Part shown: positions 53,783 to 64,000 of the stretch, in pieces
Layout of the letters: every line of letters starts with the position of its first letter
How positions within the stretch are numbered: the first letter of the stretch is position 1
Virus record (IMG/VR): IMGVR_UViG_3300045988_126355
From: a virus
DNA length: 64,000 bases
Direction: 5' to 3' (one strand)
The notes under the pieces: model-generated
Seen by the model: only the letters and a program-made list of their open reading frames with translations
What the model was told of the DNA's origin: nothing
Databases searched by the model: none
Program-made: the position numbers and the translations under genes

Positions 53783-56062
53783 TTACCTGCATTCCAATTT
53801 GTTAAGATCATCCAATTCAGACTTGTTTACGGTCATGTCTTGCGTCAAGCCAGATCTGTTTTGGTATGGAGCGTAATCAGTTTCTACCGTCTTAGCCTTC
53901 TGAGTAGAATCGTATTTCACCTCCGATTCGGTTCCTGTCAGATTTTGGTAGATAGAGCCGGAACTACTCTCGCTTACTTTAGACCATATCTTATTACCTA
54001 CTCTTATAAAATTATCATAAATACCTTCTGCTGTTATAACACCATCTTGCTCTACGATATTAGAACCCGATTTTTCTTTTAACAAATACGGGTGCCTGGT
54101 GTAAAAATAGTGTTCAAAATCATTCCCAGCATACGAAGGGTCATACCTCTCCAAATAAAACAATTCTGATAAAGAAGGGTCGGTACTGGTCATGCTATAA
54201 TCAAACAACATCAACCTGTCTTTTCCAGATAAAGATAATTCTATTGATTTCAAAATATCAGGATCATCAGAAATAAGACCCAAAGATGGACCAGGTTTGA
54301 AGTCAAGATACTTATAGGCATTATCATATAATTTTGTTTTATGGAGTTTGTTGTCAAGGTAAGATTGGTATAAATCGAATAAGGATAATGGGTTTTCGCT
54401 ATCTTGTTTTTTGTTCATGTATCGACTATACTCCCGATCCACATCCACGTAAGGAACGTCAAGTACCGCAGGGTGCCCAAACGCCATCCTGGTCATTATC
54501 ATGTCCTCTGTGTTCTGAGAATCCATGAACGATCTGACGTATTTTTTAATGGAAGCCATGAGCGTATTATCATCTACGTTCCGTACTTTCTCTTTATCCA
54601 AAACGCCGTTCTTAAAACAAGATTCAGGATATATTTTAGTAGAAAAATGAGTTAGGTTGTGCTTGGCTAATACTGTTGATATTTGATACATCTCGTTAAG
54701 ATCATCTTTGCTAATCCTTTGATATAGATTATCTCCTACCTTAAGCAATGAATGTTTCTCAAATGCCTCTACTGGGTCTATATCGGATTCAGAATAAACG
54801 ATATTCAAATTATCCATATACTCCGGCAATAATCCAAAATAATAGTCTGTACTATCACCAAGAACATCATCTATAGAAGATGCCAGCGTTGGAGCATAAT
54901 TTACATCATTATGCCTGGCCACATAAATATCAAGATCCAGCATCAAATTATCTATCTTATTCAAAGATTCTTCTGTGCCATCATAAGTTTCCGATGTCCC
55001 TATTATATCTATGCCAAACCACGTACAAGCCTCTTCTATATCCCATATCATGCTTCTTAAATCGGATTCGGTGTCGGCATTAGCCCTATGTAAATAAGCT
55101 GATATACGAGCTCTTAGGAACTCTATTTTGCCGGAATTGTAATAAGAAAGATCTTGTAGCTTAGACAAAGATCTTCTCTTGCCTTCCACCACATCATCCC
55201 CTTCTATGTTTATTACCGGAATCTTATTCGTAGATGAGAACTCATCAAACATAGATTCGGCAAATTCTTTATCAGAAACGAATTTCTCAACCAGTTCAGG
55301 ATATGAATTTCTCAACGATTCAAAAGCAGATGAAAATTCAGAAAAGTTTTTTATGCCGGCTACTGTTTTACGCATAGCATAATAAAGCTCAGAAGGATTA
55401 TATGGTACTTTTTTACCAAATTGGTTAAACACTCCCTCCTTGTAAACAATAGGACCATACTGATAGTCAATAGACATAAAATAATTATCTTTTTCCCTAT
55501 CATGTTCGTTAATAGAAGAATCTATTAACTTTCTCATGGAAGTCGAAACCTCGTTTAAAACAGAAGGATCGGATAAAATACGACTTATTTCTGTTTCATC
55601 ATACAAACCGGATCTCCTTAATTTCTGCTCATTCAGTATCAAACTGCCATCTACATAAAAATCGAAGAGAATAGCATTAGACAATGAAGACGCATTGAAA
55701 AAATAATGAGTAGACAAAAGGAAATCCCTTACATCCTTAACATCCTGAGCCGTTAAAGGATCAGCAAAATAAGTCTGACGCTTCATATACGACAGCACAT
55801 CTTCTAAAAGAGGTTCGCCATTGGGATCGGTGTTAAACATCTCCCCTGGAGCCGGGTTATTCCAATGACCGTAATACGACAAAAAACCAGGAGTGTAAGC
55901 CTTAGCCCATACCTGAAGAGCCCGCTCGCTGTTTCCTAATACTTTTAAAGCACTTTCGTAAAGAACGGAAGGCTCCCCGTTAGGAGCCTTAACCCGTTTT
56001 ATTTCATTTTCCTTTTTTTCTATCTGACATTTGACACCCATAGTGATAAATATTTTAGACAA
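53783..56062 (-). CDS. large virion-associated protein (759 aa), function unknown
   Basis: Long ORF in the late block. Confidence 0.7.
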   Translation of the reverse strand: MSKIFITMGVKCQIEKKENEIKRVKAPNGEPSVLYESALKVLGNSERALQVWAKAYTPGFLSYYGHWNNPAPGEMFNTDPNGEPLLEDVLSYMKRQTYFADPLTAQDVKDVRDFLLSTHYFFNASSLSNAILFDFYVDGSLILNEQKLRRSGLYDETEISRILSDPSVLNEVSTSMRKLIDSSINEHDREKDNYFMSIDYQYGPIVYKEGVFNQFGKKVPYNPSELYYAMRKTVAGIKNFSEFSSAFESLRNSYPELVEKFVSDKEFAESMFDEFSSTNKIPVINIEGDDVVEGKRRSLSKLQDLSYYNSGKIEFLRARISAYLHRANADTESDLRSMIWDIEEACTWFGIDIIGTSETYDGTEESLNKIDNLMLDLDIYVARHNDVNYAPTLASSIDDVLGDSTDYYFGLLPEYMDNLNIVYSESDIDPVEAFEKHSLLKVGDNLYQRISKDDLNEMYQISTVLAKHNLTHFSTKIYPESCFKNGVLDKEKVRNVDDNTLMASIKKYVRSFMDSQNTEDMIMTRMAFGHPAVLDVPYVDVDREYSRYMNKKQDSENPLSLFDLYQSYLDNKLHKTKLYDNAYKYLDFKPGPSLGLISDDPDILKSIELSLSGKDRLMLFDYSMTSTDPSLSELFYLERYDPSYAGNDFEHYFYTRHPYLLKEKSGSNIVEQDGVITAEGIYDNFIRVGNKIWSKVSESSSGSIYQNLTGTESEVKYDSTQKAKTVETDYAPYQNRSGLTQDMTVNKSELDDLNKLECR

Positions 56063-56082
56063 AGATAGTATAAAAATAGAAA

Positions 56083-56670
56083 TTATGAAACTTCTATTTC
56101 ATAATGCGAAGCCTCTGTCTCAACTATCAATCTTCCCTCTCCTTCGAACTCAACGCTATCATTTCCTGGACCAGTAACAAAAGGGAAATCAGATACGGAC
56201 GTTACATAATCTCCAGAACCACCGGAGAAAGACTGACTTTTACTTTGTTTGTAATTGATAGTCAATTGTGTTTTACCTATCTGAAGAGTTCCAGATAAAT
56301 TTTTAGTATAAGTAGTGGTAATTGTAATATCCCCATTTTTATAACAATACATTATAAAGGTGGTAACCGGACTCTTTTTTATATTACTATCCGGACCTGC
56401 ATGATAAGATTCATTTCCTCCAAATATGCTATAAATGTGACAATAAGGACCGACTCTTTTACTTGAAGTTTTAGCCTTATCCTCGACTCCTTTCAAAGAT
56501 ATAGTAACCTTACTCTTGTATTCAATATCCTTCCAATTACAGACTCCTTCACTTACGTTTCCAACAAACCTGTCATCAACATAAACCTCTATATTCCCCT
56601 GCTGATTGGTCTTCAACTGATACTGAACAAGACTTGAAACATCTTCGTATCTCCTTCTCATACTCAACAC
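56083..56670 (-). CDS. hypothetical protein (195 aa)
   Basis: ORF; start overlaps the end of the upstream giant gene. Confidence 0.5.
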   Translation of the reverse strand: MLSMRRRYEDVSSLVQYQLKTNQQGNIEVYVDDRFVGNVSEGVCNWKDIEYKSKVTISLKGVEDKAKTSSKRVGPYCHIYSIFGGNESYHAGPDSNIKKSPVTTFIMYCYKNGDITITTTYTKNLSGTLQIGKTQLTINYKQSKSQSFSGGSGDYVTSVSDFPFVTGPGNDSVEFEGEGRLIVETEASHYEIEVS

Positions 56671-59600
56671 TCCTTATTTAACTCATTTATCGAATCCGAA
56701 TTATCAGAACCTTCTACGAGATTCTTATTCCTGTCTATCTCTTCCTGGCTCATATTACTCATCATATTTTGTATTTTTCTACCAGATTGAGATAAAGAGC
56801 GGATGAATGCACTGGAACTTATCTTAACTCCAAAATTCGGTTTTGCCCTAAACGCTTCACTGGTACTGATATTATACAAATCATACACACCTGAGTTCAT
56901 ATAGAATTTATATATCCAGTTTCCACCAGCTTTTTTGTACCCTATCTTCTCCGGTATAGGTTCTACTTTAGCCGGAACAGATGTATATGCTTCGTCACCG
57001 CCGTACAGGAAATAAGGGGTTGTCACCCTTGATATGTGAGTAAGCGACTCTTCGGATATACGAGGTTCGTCTTTCGCAGCCTTAGATCCTTTCCTTAGAT
57101 TGGATATTCTAATAAAAGGATCGTATGTCAAAAAGGTTAAGCCGTATTCTACTTTATAACCTGATACGCCGTTAAGGTCCCTTATAGCCTTAGTCGTATG
57201 CGAGTGATTGATGGTGTCTATACCATACCTTGATTCCATATCGGTCATAATACTATTAACCTCATCTCCCTCTACATAAACCTCTTCTCCTTCCGGGATA
57301 GAGGTTATGCCGGCAGCCCTTCTAAGTAGCCATAAAGTAACTTCAGCAATGTCAGAGAACTTATCTCCGTTCTTCCTATAGTTATCTACTCTTCCTTCTT
57401 CAGATCCAGGTAATTCGACATTTCTTTCAACTTCGACATTTGTTCTGGATTGTCCTTTGCCTTCTCCATCTCCCTTTTTATCGCCATCTTCCTCAGTGCG
57501 TACTGCACCGCCTTCTGCACTTCCTTCTTTTCCATCATTTAAAATATTATCTGATTCTGACTCTATAGACTCCACGACAGCATCATACTCTGGTATGCCG
57601 CTAAGGAAATCTGCTACGTTATTCAAAAACTCTATTTTTTCCTCGTTTGTCATATCAAGGCTTTCCACGGGCTCCCATATGGCAGGCAAGTTGTTTGATT
57701 TTATTGCAGTAGAAACATCTTCTACAGTTTTATTATCCACCGTAGGCAAAACTTTAGAAACCAAACTATTGATATCAGATTCCATTTTTTCTACTTCCTC
57801 TTTTGTGCCATATTCTTTTAGGGTATCCATGCCATTGACTCTAAGAGAATAATTCAAAGCCTTGCTTGGAACAAAATTAATATATTTCAAAAAGTTTTTC
57901 AACTCTGATATAATTTGTTCGTCAGATCTTGGCCCAACATAATCAACCACCACCTGATCTGTTTGAGAACGAAGCCAAGAAACATATTCTTCTAAAGTCT
58001 TACCACCTTTACTGGAAGGAGTGGATATTTTATCACCTACTGTTCCTTTAGGTTCTAATCCCATTTCTTCCTTAAGGCTTTTAGGATTACCTCTCTCACG
58101 AAGAAACCTCAAATCACCTCCTACAATCTTCCTTGCTATAAAATCAAAAATATTAGCATAAGACGGCAATCCTTCTTTTTCTATATGAGATTCTATTTCG
58201 TTTAACATAAGAGAGAAGTTTTTCCTGGAGGTACGCTTCTTGCCAGGTAAAGACTGCGCAGCTTGTGCCGCAGGAGCCGGCTGAGCTAATGGCGCCGTCT
58301 GAGTCTCCCGGGCAGCCCCTTCCTCTGGCATTTCCTCTTCATAAACATCCACGTATTCTTTAGAAGTAACGGTCTTACCCTCATCAGAGAAAGGAAGATC
58401 ATCCTCTATAAGTGATTTAGGTCTGGAAGATGATTCACCAAACTGAATCCTGATCTTAGGAGCGACAAACATCTCACCTTCGAAATCTATTCCAGATTCT
58501 ACTTCAGACGTCACAATGTCTTTCACATTCCTGCTTTCATCTTCTACCCATTTAACAACATCAGGAACCGTAGATAATTTTTCTATAGCCTCACGAGCTT
58601 TTCTAAGCCCTGAAATAGGATTCAAATACGATACTTGATACGAAGCCGGATCAAGGCCTAACTTGGTTAGATACGCATTAAGATCTTGACCCATCTGTAG
58701 CAATTCAGAATCACCGGATTCAAGCAGCATATCTATAAAAGACATCCATTTCCGCCCTTCCTCTGATTCCACAGAACGCAGGCTAACTGGGAAAAGATAA
58801 TTAAGACCGTTTTTACCCTTGATAACAACTACCGGAACTCTTACATTTTTGTAATTATTTCCCTTGTCATTTAATATAGAATAAGCAAATGGGAAGCCTG
58901 TGTATTTAGATCCGTTCTTAAGCACGACTTTGCCATTTAATACATATCCTACATCAGATACTTTTTCAGCACCTTTTTCGGTAATAGGGAGATTTTCTAC
59001 CTGGCCATATCCTTGACCGTTTACCTTCATGTTAAACACCGGTCTTCCGGGAAGAGTCTGGGCAACAACATGCGTGCCGACGCTGATGGTAGCCGACCGG
59101 CCAGCATCTTTCTTCCACTTGTTAAATGCCGTTCTTCTTATTTTACTTATACCGTCTATGCCTCCCGTATCAGCTTTTACAACAGAAACGAATCTGTTCC
59201 CACTCATGACCTTGATAACCATATTGGACACCAGTTTATTCTCAGCAGATTCTATTCTTTTTTTATCGCCGGACTGAACAGCATCATTGTATTCGGCAAA
59301 AAGAGACTGATTATAGGTATCATTTACATCTATTTCGAGATTAACCTTATCTCCTTTTTTCAAAGAAGATAATGCTTCCTGATCTATTTTATCTACCTCA
59401 TTCTCTCCGAATCCAACACCCGTTCTGTATGGAACCAACTCATCTGAATCAAGACGCTTATAAACCAAAGAATATGAATTACCCACATCCTGAATAGACA
59501 CATCTGTGTAAAGATTAAGAACACGAGCCGATTCTTTGTCTATAGACCATCTCGCATGATAAGGCAGTTCAATTATAGTAGCCGTTTCACCACCTATGTT

Positions 59601-62600
59601 AAGAGAATACCTTTTAGTGCCATTAGCGTTCGTTTCAGAGCTTATTTGAATAGGAACCAATGATTTTATGGAAGATATAAATTTATCGGCTCTAAGACCG
59701 GCAATTTCATACCTTTCATTGCCGTCATTGGATATTCTTCTAACCATCAACGTCTCTGGATTCTGGGCACTATCTATATTGGCTCCCGGCGTATTATCGG
59801 ATTCGTCTAATTCATTTACAAGAGAATCTATATTAACATCATCTTCCCCAAAATTACTCAACGTAGATTCAGAGATACGACCTTTGTCAATAATCCTGTT
59901 TTGTTCGATATAAGGAAGGAGATCCGTGATGTTTCCAACCTGACCAAGATCTTCTATGGTAAATACCGAATCAGCAAGCTTATCTTCGTCAACTTTCTCC
60001 CCTTTGTCCCGTCTGTTCATTATATCCACATACGAAGAAATAGCATCATCAAGTTCCTGCCTTTGATCTGGTTCTAAATTGGATTTAGCCATATCAATAA
60101 TAGCTTTATTATCCTCATACACAGATCTCGGACTTGTAAGCCTATCAGCCTTCTCAGATAATGATTTTATGAGATTAACAGGACTGTCACCCAAAGACGA
60201 TACATAATCATCAAAATCTTGTTTGTATTTATCATACACATCTTTTTCTCTCGCAGTAAGAAGATCGGCATTACCTGTATATAGTTTATCAATTATAGAC
60301 TGCCTTACGGCCGGAACCATAATAGGATTATCCATAGCAGCCTCATAATCTTCATCCGATACAGACTCCGTAAGCGGTGACTCTTTTATATCATCTTCTG
60401 CTTCCTTCATCCTATCTTCCCTTACTTTATCAAGAGCATGCATAAAAGCCTTGATAGTCCAAGCTTCGTCTTCCGAAATCTTACCTTCTGACACAGCTTG
60501 ATCTACTACCTCATCAGTGTCATATTCACCAACTTTATTAGGCTCTGCAAAATCAGGAACCTTGTCATCCTCCTTATAAGGAGTAGACCATAAAGAAGAC
60601 AACGCTTTTAAAAATCCTCTGTTTTCCTCGGCTAAGAATCTTTTATCAAGCATCTTAGACAAGAAGTTATTCATATTCCTATAGTCTATCAAACTCCTAC
60701 GGTATTCATTTACCAAGGATCTCATGGCTTTATCTTTAGCTGTAAACTCCTTTTCTTGTCTTGATTTTACATTGAAATAATCATCAAAAGCCACGAGCGT
60801 ATCATAAGCCTCTATTACATCTTGTGAGCTTATAGGAGAAAGAGGTGATGATAAAACAGATTCGGTTTTACTTACCAACTCTTCTATCGAAAACTCTTTT
60901 CCTATTAACGTTGATAACTCAGACAACGAATTATTGTAATTGGTTCTAAGATCTTCCAATTCTTTGGTTTTTCGTTGTATAGATTCAGCTTGTGGGTCTT
61001 TTCCATCTACGTTACGAGGACGGGTGGCAAGATCTTCTATTTCGGATTCAAGTTCTTCTATTCTTGATCGTATGCCACGGATAGCCATCGCCCGCTCCCT
61101 TGCTCTGTCCGACAGCCGGGAGAACGTACTTAGCGCATCTGCCACGCGAGGCTGTCCTGAAAGCGTTTCTATGACAGAAGCTATGTCTTTCATCCTTGAT
61201 TCTGATTGAAGACCAAGGAAGGCATTACGAGCCACGTATTTCCTAAATTCAATCTTAGAGTCATCACCTATAAGATCTTCAGCAAAACTCTGAGCAGATC
61301 TGAAATCAGAAAGACGATTATTATAATTATCAATAATAGAGTCCTTGTATTTCTTTGCCTCTTCTAAAGACATCCCATTAGCTTCAGCTATTTCTGAAAT
61401 AGGCATCATATCAACCATCTGCCTGAAATTCTCAGCCGAATCCTCTAAGGTTCCCATTTGGTTGTCAATAGACATCTTTTCAAACATAGCATCATCAAGC
61501 TCCTTGCCGGTCATAGACTGAGCATCGGAACGAACTTGCGGACCTAAACTCATTGACTTCTTCAACGTATTCAAAGCCGCCGTATTAAGATTAGAAGATG
61601 CTTTGTTGTATTCATCCACCTGCCTCTCTAGTAATATCTGACTATTACTATACTCTTTTACCCCAAAGAAGCCTTCTCTCATGCCGAACAAAGAACCGAT
61701 AATAGCACCTATTCCTATTTCAGTCCATCCTTCTTTAGACGTATATTGTTTTTTAAATCCTTCAGAAATAGCATCAAGAACATCAACGGCTCCGTTCATG
61801 GCGACATTATCATATCTTGACTTAACATATTCTTCAGCCGTATTCTGGACAGCACCTTGAGACCCTTCTTCCCACAGACCCTCAGATACCGGTCTTTTCA
61901 TGATATTGAAAACATTGCCTGCTATCTTCTGTCCTATATTGGGATTGGTTATTTTAATAGCCATCTCTCCCGGCTTCGCAACTTCCGTCCCTAATCCAAA
62001 TAAATGCTTGTTGAGCTTCTTTTCCAACCCAGGTATAGCCTTGCCTCCTAACCCTATATACTTACCAAAAAGAAGCCAGTTGGATAATCCTACGATACCC
62101 ATATTGGCGGCAAATATAGCACTACCTACATCAGCATTAGAATTACGAAAAACAGCCATTTCCTCTGCATTGGGATCACGACCATAAATCTTACGATAAT
62201 AATCCTTGAAATCAGACTCGGATTGCTTCATAAAAGAATTTGCTTCGACCGATGACTCGAATCCAGCACTGGTAGCCAACAACGTCATGGTCTTAGCCGC
62301 CTCCCCTACATTTCTTCCGGTAGCAACTCCTTTTCTCACATAGTCGTTAAACACGCTTTTAAGGCTTCCTATGCCCCTATTAGCAGCTTGCCTTGCTGCT
62401 AACTTAGCTCCGATTCTTCCACCTAATTTAGCACCTATATTGCCCAATGATCCAACTCCAAGTCCTCCGGTCATGTACGCTGATATCATGGCTCCTACGG
62501 TAAAAGACATACCGTTACCAAGGACATCATTCCATAAGAAATTACCGGTATCCTTAAAAAGCTTCTGACCGAAATTATAATCTTCTACCTCTTTCTTGTA

Positions 62601-63239
62601 ATAATGAGGAAGAAGCATGTCTATTTGCTGGTCAAGATCACCTACAAACTTATCCATGTTAGTATTTAACGCAGCTTTGTAACTTCCCTCAGATGCCATA
62701 TTGATAAGTTTGTCAGGCAATGACACAACTCCTTGTGCACCGTACAATGCAGACTTTAAAGCGAATTTGCCTACACCATTCCAAAACTTACTCCATCCGC
62801 TCTGTCTCCTGGCATAATAATCCTCATTATTTATACCCGGAATATAGTTGGGATATTTTGTACGCCATACCCCATCATTACCCATCTGATGACTTTCACG
62901 GATACTTACCTTCGGTCCATAGGGATTAAGGGGCGGCGCGGCAGGTGTAGCCCCCCTGTAGCTGTTACGAGCCAGTGCCTCCGAGTAGCTGTTGCTTATC
63001 TCTTTGGCTATATACGGTTCTTCGTATTCGGCAGCAGCTATCCTTGATGCGTAATCCGGGAATTTAGGTTGGGCATACACACCTTCACCAGGCATATAAT
63101 TAGGAACCAGAGGTGTTGTCGTCTCTGGTAATGTAGCCGGAGTGTAATTCTCTTCTTCGGCTAATTTCCTTTGCCTTGCCACATCTTCGTAAGTGGTTTT
63201 AGCAGCAGGATTATATCTATCTATATTATTGTCAGCCAT
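56664..63239 (-). CDS. giant virion-associated protein (2191 aa) with Gly-rich hydrophobic N-terminal region
   Basis: 6.6-kb uninterrupted ORF; region GAMISAYMTGGLGVGSLGNIGAKLGGRIGAKLAARQAANRG resembles tape-measure/ejection-protein glycine zippers. Confidence 0.8.
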   Translation of the reverse strand: MADNNIDRYNPAAKTTYEDVARQRKLAEEENYTPATLPETTTPLVPNYMPGEGVYAQPKFPDYASRIAAAEYEEPYIAKEISNSYSEALARNSYRGATPAAPPLNPYGPKVSIRESHQMGNDGVWRTKYPNYIPGINNEDYYARRQSGWSKFWNGVGKFALKSALYGAQGVVSLPDKLINMASEGSYKAALNTNMDKFVGDLDQQIDMLLPHYYKKEVEDYNFGQKLFKDTGNFLWNDVLGNGMSFTVGAMISAYMTGGLGVGSLGNIGAKLGGRIGAKLAARQAANRGIGSLKSVFNDYVRKGVATGRNVGEAAKTMTLLATSAGFESSVEANSFMKQSESDFKDYYRKIYGRDPNAEEMAVFRNSNADVGSAIFAANMGIVGLSNWLLFGKYIGLGGKAIPGLEKKLNKHLFGLGTEVAKPGEMAIKITNPNIGQKIAGNVFNIMKRPVSEGLWEEGSQGAVQNTAEEYVKSRYDNVAMNGAVDVLDAISEGFKKQYTSKEGWTEIGIGAIIGSLFGMREGFFGVKEYSNSQILLERQVDEYNKASSNLNTAALNTLKKSMSLGPQVRSDAQSMTGKELDDAMFEKMSIDNQMGTLEDSAENFRQMVDMMPISEIAEANGMSLEEAKKYKDSIIDNYNNRLSDFRSAQSFAEDLIGDDSKIEFRKYVARNAFLGLQSESRMKDIASVIETLSGQPRVADALSTFSRLSDRARERAMAIRGIRSRIEELESEIEDLATRPRNVDGKDPQAESIQRKTKELEDLRTNYNNSLSELSTLIGKEFSIEELVSKTESVLSSPLSPISSQDVIEAYDTLVAFDDYFNVKSRQEKEFTAKDKAMRSLVNEYRRSLIDYRNMNNFLSKMLDKRFLAEENRGFLKALSSLWSTPYKEDDKVPDFAEPNKVGEYDTDEVVDQAVSEGKISEDEAWTIKAFMHALDKVREDRMKEAEDDIKESPLTESVSDEDYEAAMDNPIMVPAVRQSIIDKLYTGNADLLTAREKDVYDKYKQDFDDYVSSLGDSPVNLIKSLSEKADRLTSPRSVYEDNKAIIDMAKSNLEPDQRQELDDAISSYVDIMNRRDKGEKVDEDKLADSVFTIEDLGQVGNITDLLPYIEQNRIIDKGRISESTLSNFGEDDVNIDSLVNELDESDNTPGANIDSAQNPETLMVRRISNDGNERYEIAGLRADKFISSIKSLVPIQISSETNANGTKRYSLNIGGETATIIELPYHARWSIDKESARVLNLYTDVSIQDVGNSYSLVYKRLDSDELVPYRTGVGFGENEVDKIDQEALSSLKKGDKVNLEIDVNDTYNQSLFAEYNDAVQSGDKKRIESAENKLVSNMVIKVMSGNRFVSVVKADTGGIDGISKIRRTAFNKWKKDAGRSATISVGTHVVAQTLPGRPVFNMKVNGQGYGQVENLPITEKGAEKVSDVGYVLNGKVVLKNGSKYTGFPFAYSILNDKGNNYKNVRVPVVVIKGKNGLNYLFPVSLRSVESEEGRKWMSFIDMLLESGDSELLQMGQDLNAYLTKLGLDPASYQVSYLNPISGLRKAREAIEKLSTVPDVVKWVEDESRNVKDIVTSEVESGIDFEGEMFVAPKIRIQFGESSSRPKSLIEDDLPFSDEGKTVTSKEYVDVYEEEMPEEGAARETQTAPLAQPAPAAQAAQSLPGKKRTSRKNFSLMLNEIESHIEKEGLPSYANIFDFIARKIVGGDLRFLRERGNPKSLKEEMGLEPKGTVGDKISTPSSKGGKTLEEYVSWLRSQTDQVVVDYVGPRSDEQIISELKNFLKYINFVPSKALNYSLRVNGMDTLKEYGTKEEVEKMESDINSLVSKVLPTVDNKTVEDVSTAIKSNNLPAIWEPVESLDMTNEEKIEFLNNVADFLSGIPEYDAVVESIESESDNILNDGKEGSAEGGAVRTEEDGDKKGDGEGKGQSRTNVEVERNVELPGSEEGRVDNYRKNGDKFSDIAEVTLWLLRRAAGITSIPEGEEVYVEGDEVNSIMTDMESRYGIDTINHSHTTKAIRDLNGVSGYKVEYGLTFLTYDPFIRISNLRKGSKAAKDEPRISEESLTHISRVTTPYFLYGGDEAYTSVPAKVEPIPEKIGYKKAGGNWIYKFYMNSGVYDLYNISTSEAFRAKPNFGVKISSSAFIRSLSQSGRKIQNMMSNMSQEEIDRNKNLVEGSDNSDSINELNKEC

Positions 63240-64000
63240 AAATTTTCTGCAAAAAATCGTTCAACTTACTAAACTTGTCATTCATGTTGGGCGTGATATT
63301 TATTCCTCTCATATACGGATCCCTCATCTGATCAAGACGTTCTTGAACAGCCTCCTTCACGTATTTTACAAAGAAGTACTGAGGACACTTCTGGTGAATG
63401 CTATTCCAGTAATCCGCATACTCATCATTACCTGGATCCAAAGGAACAAAATCCGAGAACAACAATGCAGGATTTTTAGAATTTTTAGTCCTTTTGTCAT
63501 AGAAATTGACCGCCACCTCTCTCGAACCCCTGTCATCCATTCCTTCCAACTGAACTGATATGTTATCAGACATGTCAATAAAATTATCAACAAGGGTTTT
63601 AACAACATTCATTTCTTCTGGCTTAAGGTAAGAACCATGAACCTTTACTATATCATAAAGATCATTCTTAACATCAGCCTTAGAAGCCAAACGGGGAAGA
63701 CCATTACGTATAAGATACTTATCATAAGAATAACCTTCCTTCTTTCCGGTATCTACAAAATCACAGGTTCCAAAACTTGATTTGTAGCCATCCACCGGAT
63801 AATTACGTTCCTCGACCGAAGGATCTATACCCGCCTTAAGAAGCTCATCATTCGTAATCTCAACTCTTTCTGTAACATAAGAATTTTTACCGGAACCTAC
63901 TTGAGCAGTCAAGAATCTTCTAACAGTACCATTATCTATCTCGGCATCCATATTAATGGTATTAATAGCAGTAGGATCCAGATTATTTACCTTTCCTGCC
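63232..64000 (-). CDS. hypothetical protein, partial (N-terminus beyond window edge)
   Basis: Frame stays open from Met 63951 to position 64000; 8-nt overlap with the start of the 2191-aa gene. Confidence 0.55.
   Translation of the reverse strand, partial: AGKVNNLDPTAINTINMDAEIDNGTVRRFLTAQVGSGKNSYVTERVEITNDELLKAGIDPSVEERNYPVDGYKSSFGTCDFVDTGKKEGYSYDKYLIRNGLPRLASKADVKNDLYDIVKVHGSYLKPEEMNVVKTLVDNFIDMSDNISVQLEGMDDRGSREVAVNFYDKRTKNSKNPALLFSDFVPLDPGNDEYADYWNSIHQKCPQYFFVKYVKEAVQERLDQMRDPYMRGINITPNMNDKFSKLNDFLQKIYG

Noticed and set aside
39251-63239. Giant proteins as crAss-type virion RNA polymerase
   Set aside because: I found no DxDGD or other two-barrel RNAP signature. Only DADGN occurs, which is insufficient.
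1-64000. Diversity-generating retroelement or retron
   Set aside because: I saw no reverse-transcriptase motifs (YxDD context) in any ORF and no template/variable repeat pair.

Overview
This window reads as a large segment of a double-stranded DNA phage genome. It is AT-rich with Bacteroidota-like codon usage, and has many overlapping or ATGA-coupled small genes. Calling it a crAss-like or other large Bacteroides phage is my inference, not a demonstrated fact.

Architecture: bases 1-467 form a repeat-rich non-coding region that looks like a terminus or origin. Bases 468-38645 carry roughly 75 plus-strand genes of an early, replication and accessory module. Recognisable among them are a YqaJ/lambda-Exo-like exonuclease, a DnaG-like primase, a DnaB-family helicase, an SF2 DEAD/DEAH helicase, a Cas4/RecB-like Fe-S nuclease, a C5-cytosine methyltransferase and an ABC-type ATPase. 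The same block also has an acyl-carrier protein followed by an NfeD-like membrane protein and a flotillin (SPFH) protein, a dATP/dGTP pyrophosphohydrolase-like protein and a truncated antisense TnpB (IS605 OrfB) fossil. Genes converge at about 38.64 kb. Bases 38638-64000 are a minus-strand late and virion module with giant proteins of 2148, 759 and 2191 aa. That module also includes a protein whose C-terminus is a DUF2829 (Tad2-like) domain, an RGG/RE-repeat protein and unusual cysteine-rich proteins, and it runs off the window edge.

Other notable items: three homologous tRNA-like elements (acceptor-like stem plus a canonical GGTTCGATTC T-arm) each sit about 22 nt upstream of a start codon, two of them just after a terminator-like hairpin. 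Three small paralogous proteins share a C-D-R-C-I-F motif. There are 39-bp tandem repeats and 21-bp direct repeats in a ~950-bp non-coding island, and an A8 homopolymer splits a DUF1566-like gene. All functional calls rest on by-eye motif recognition; I ran no searches.
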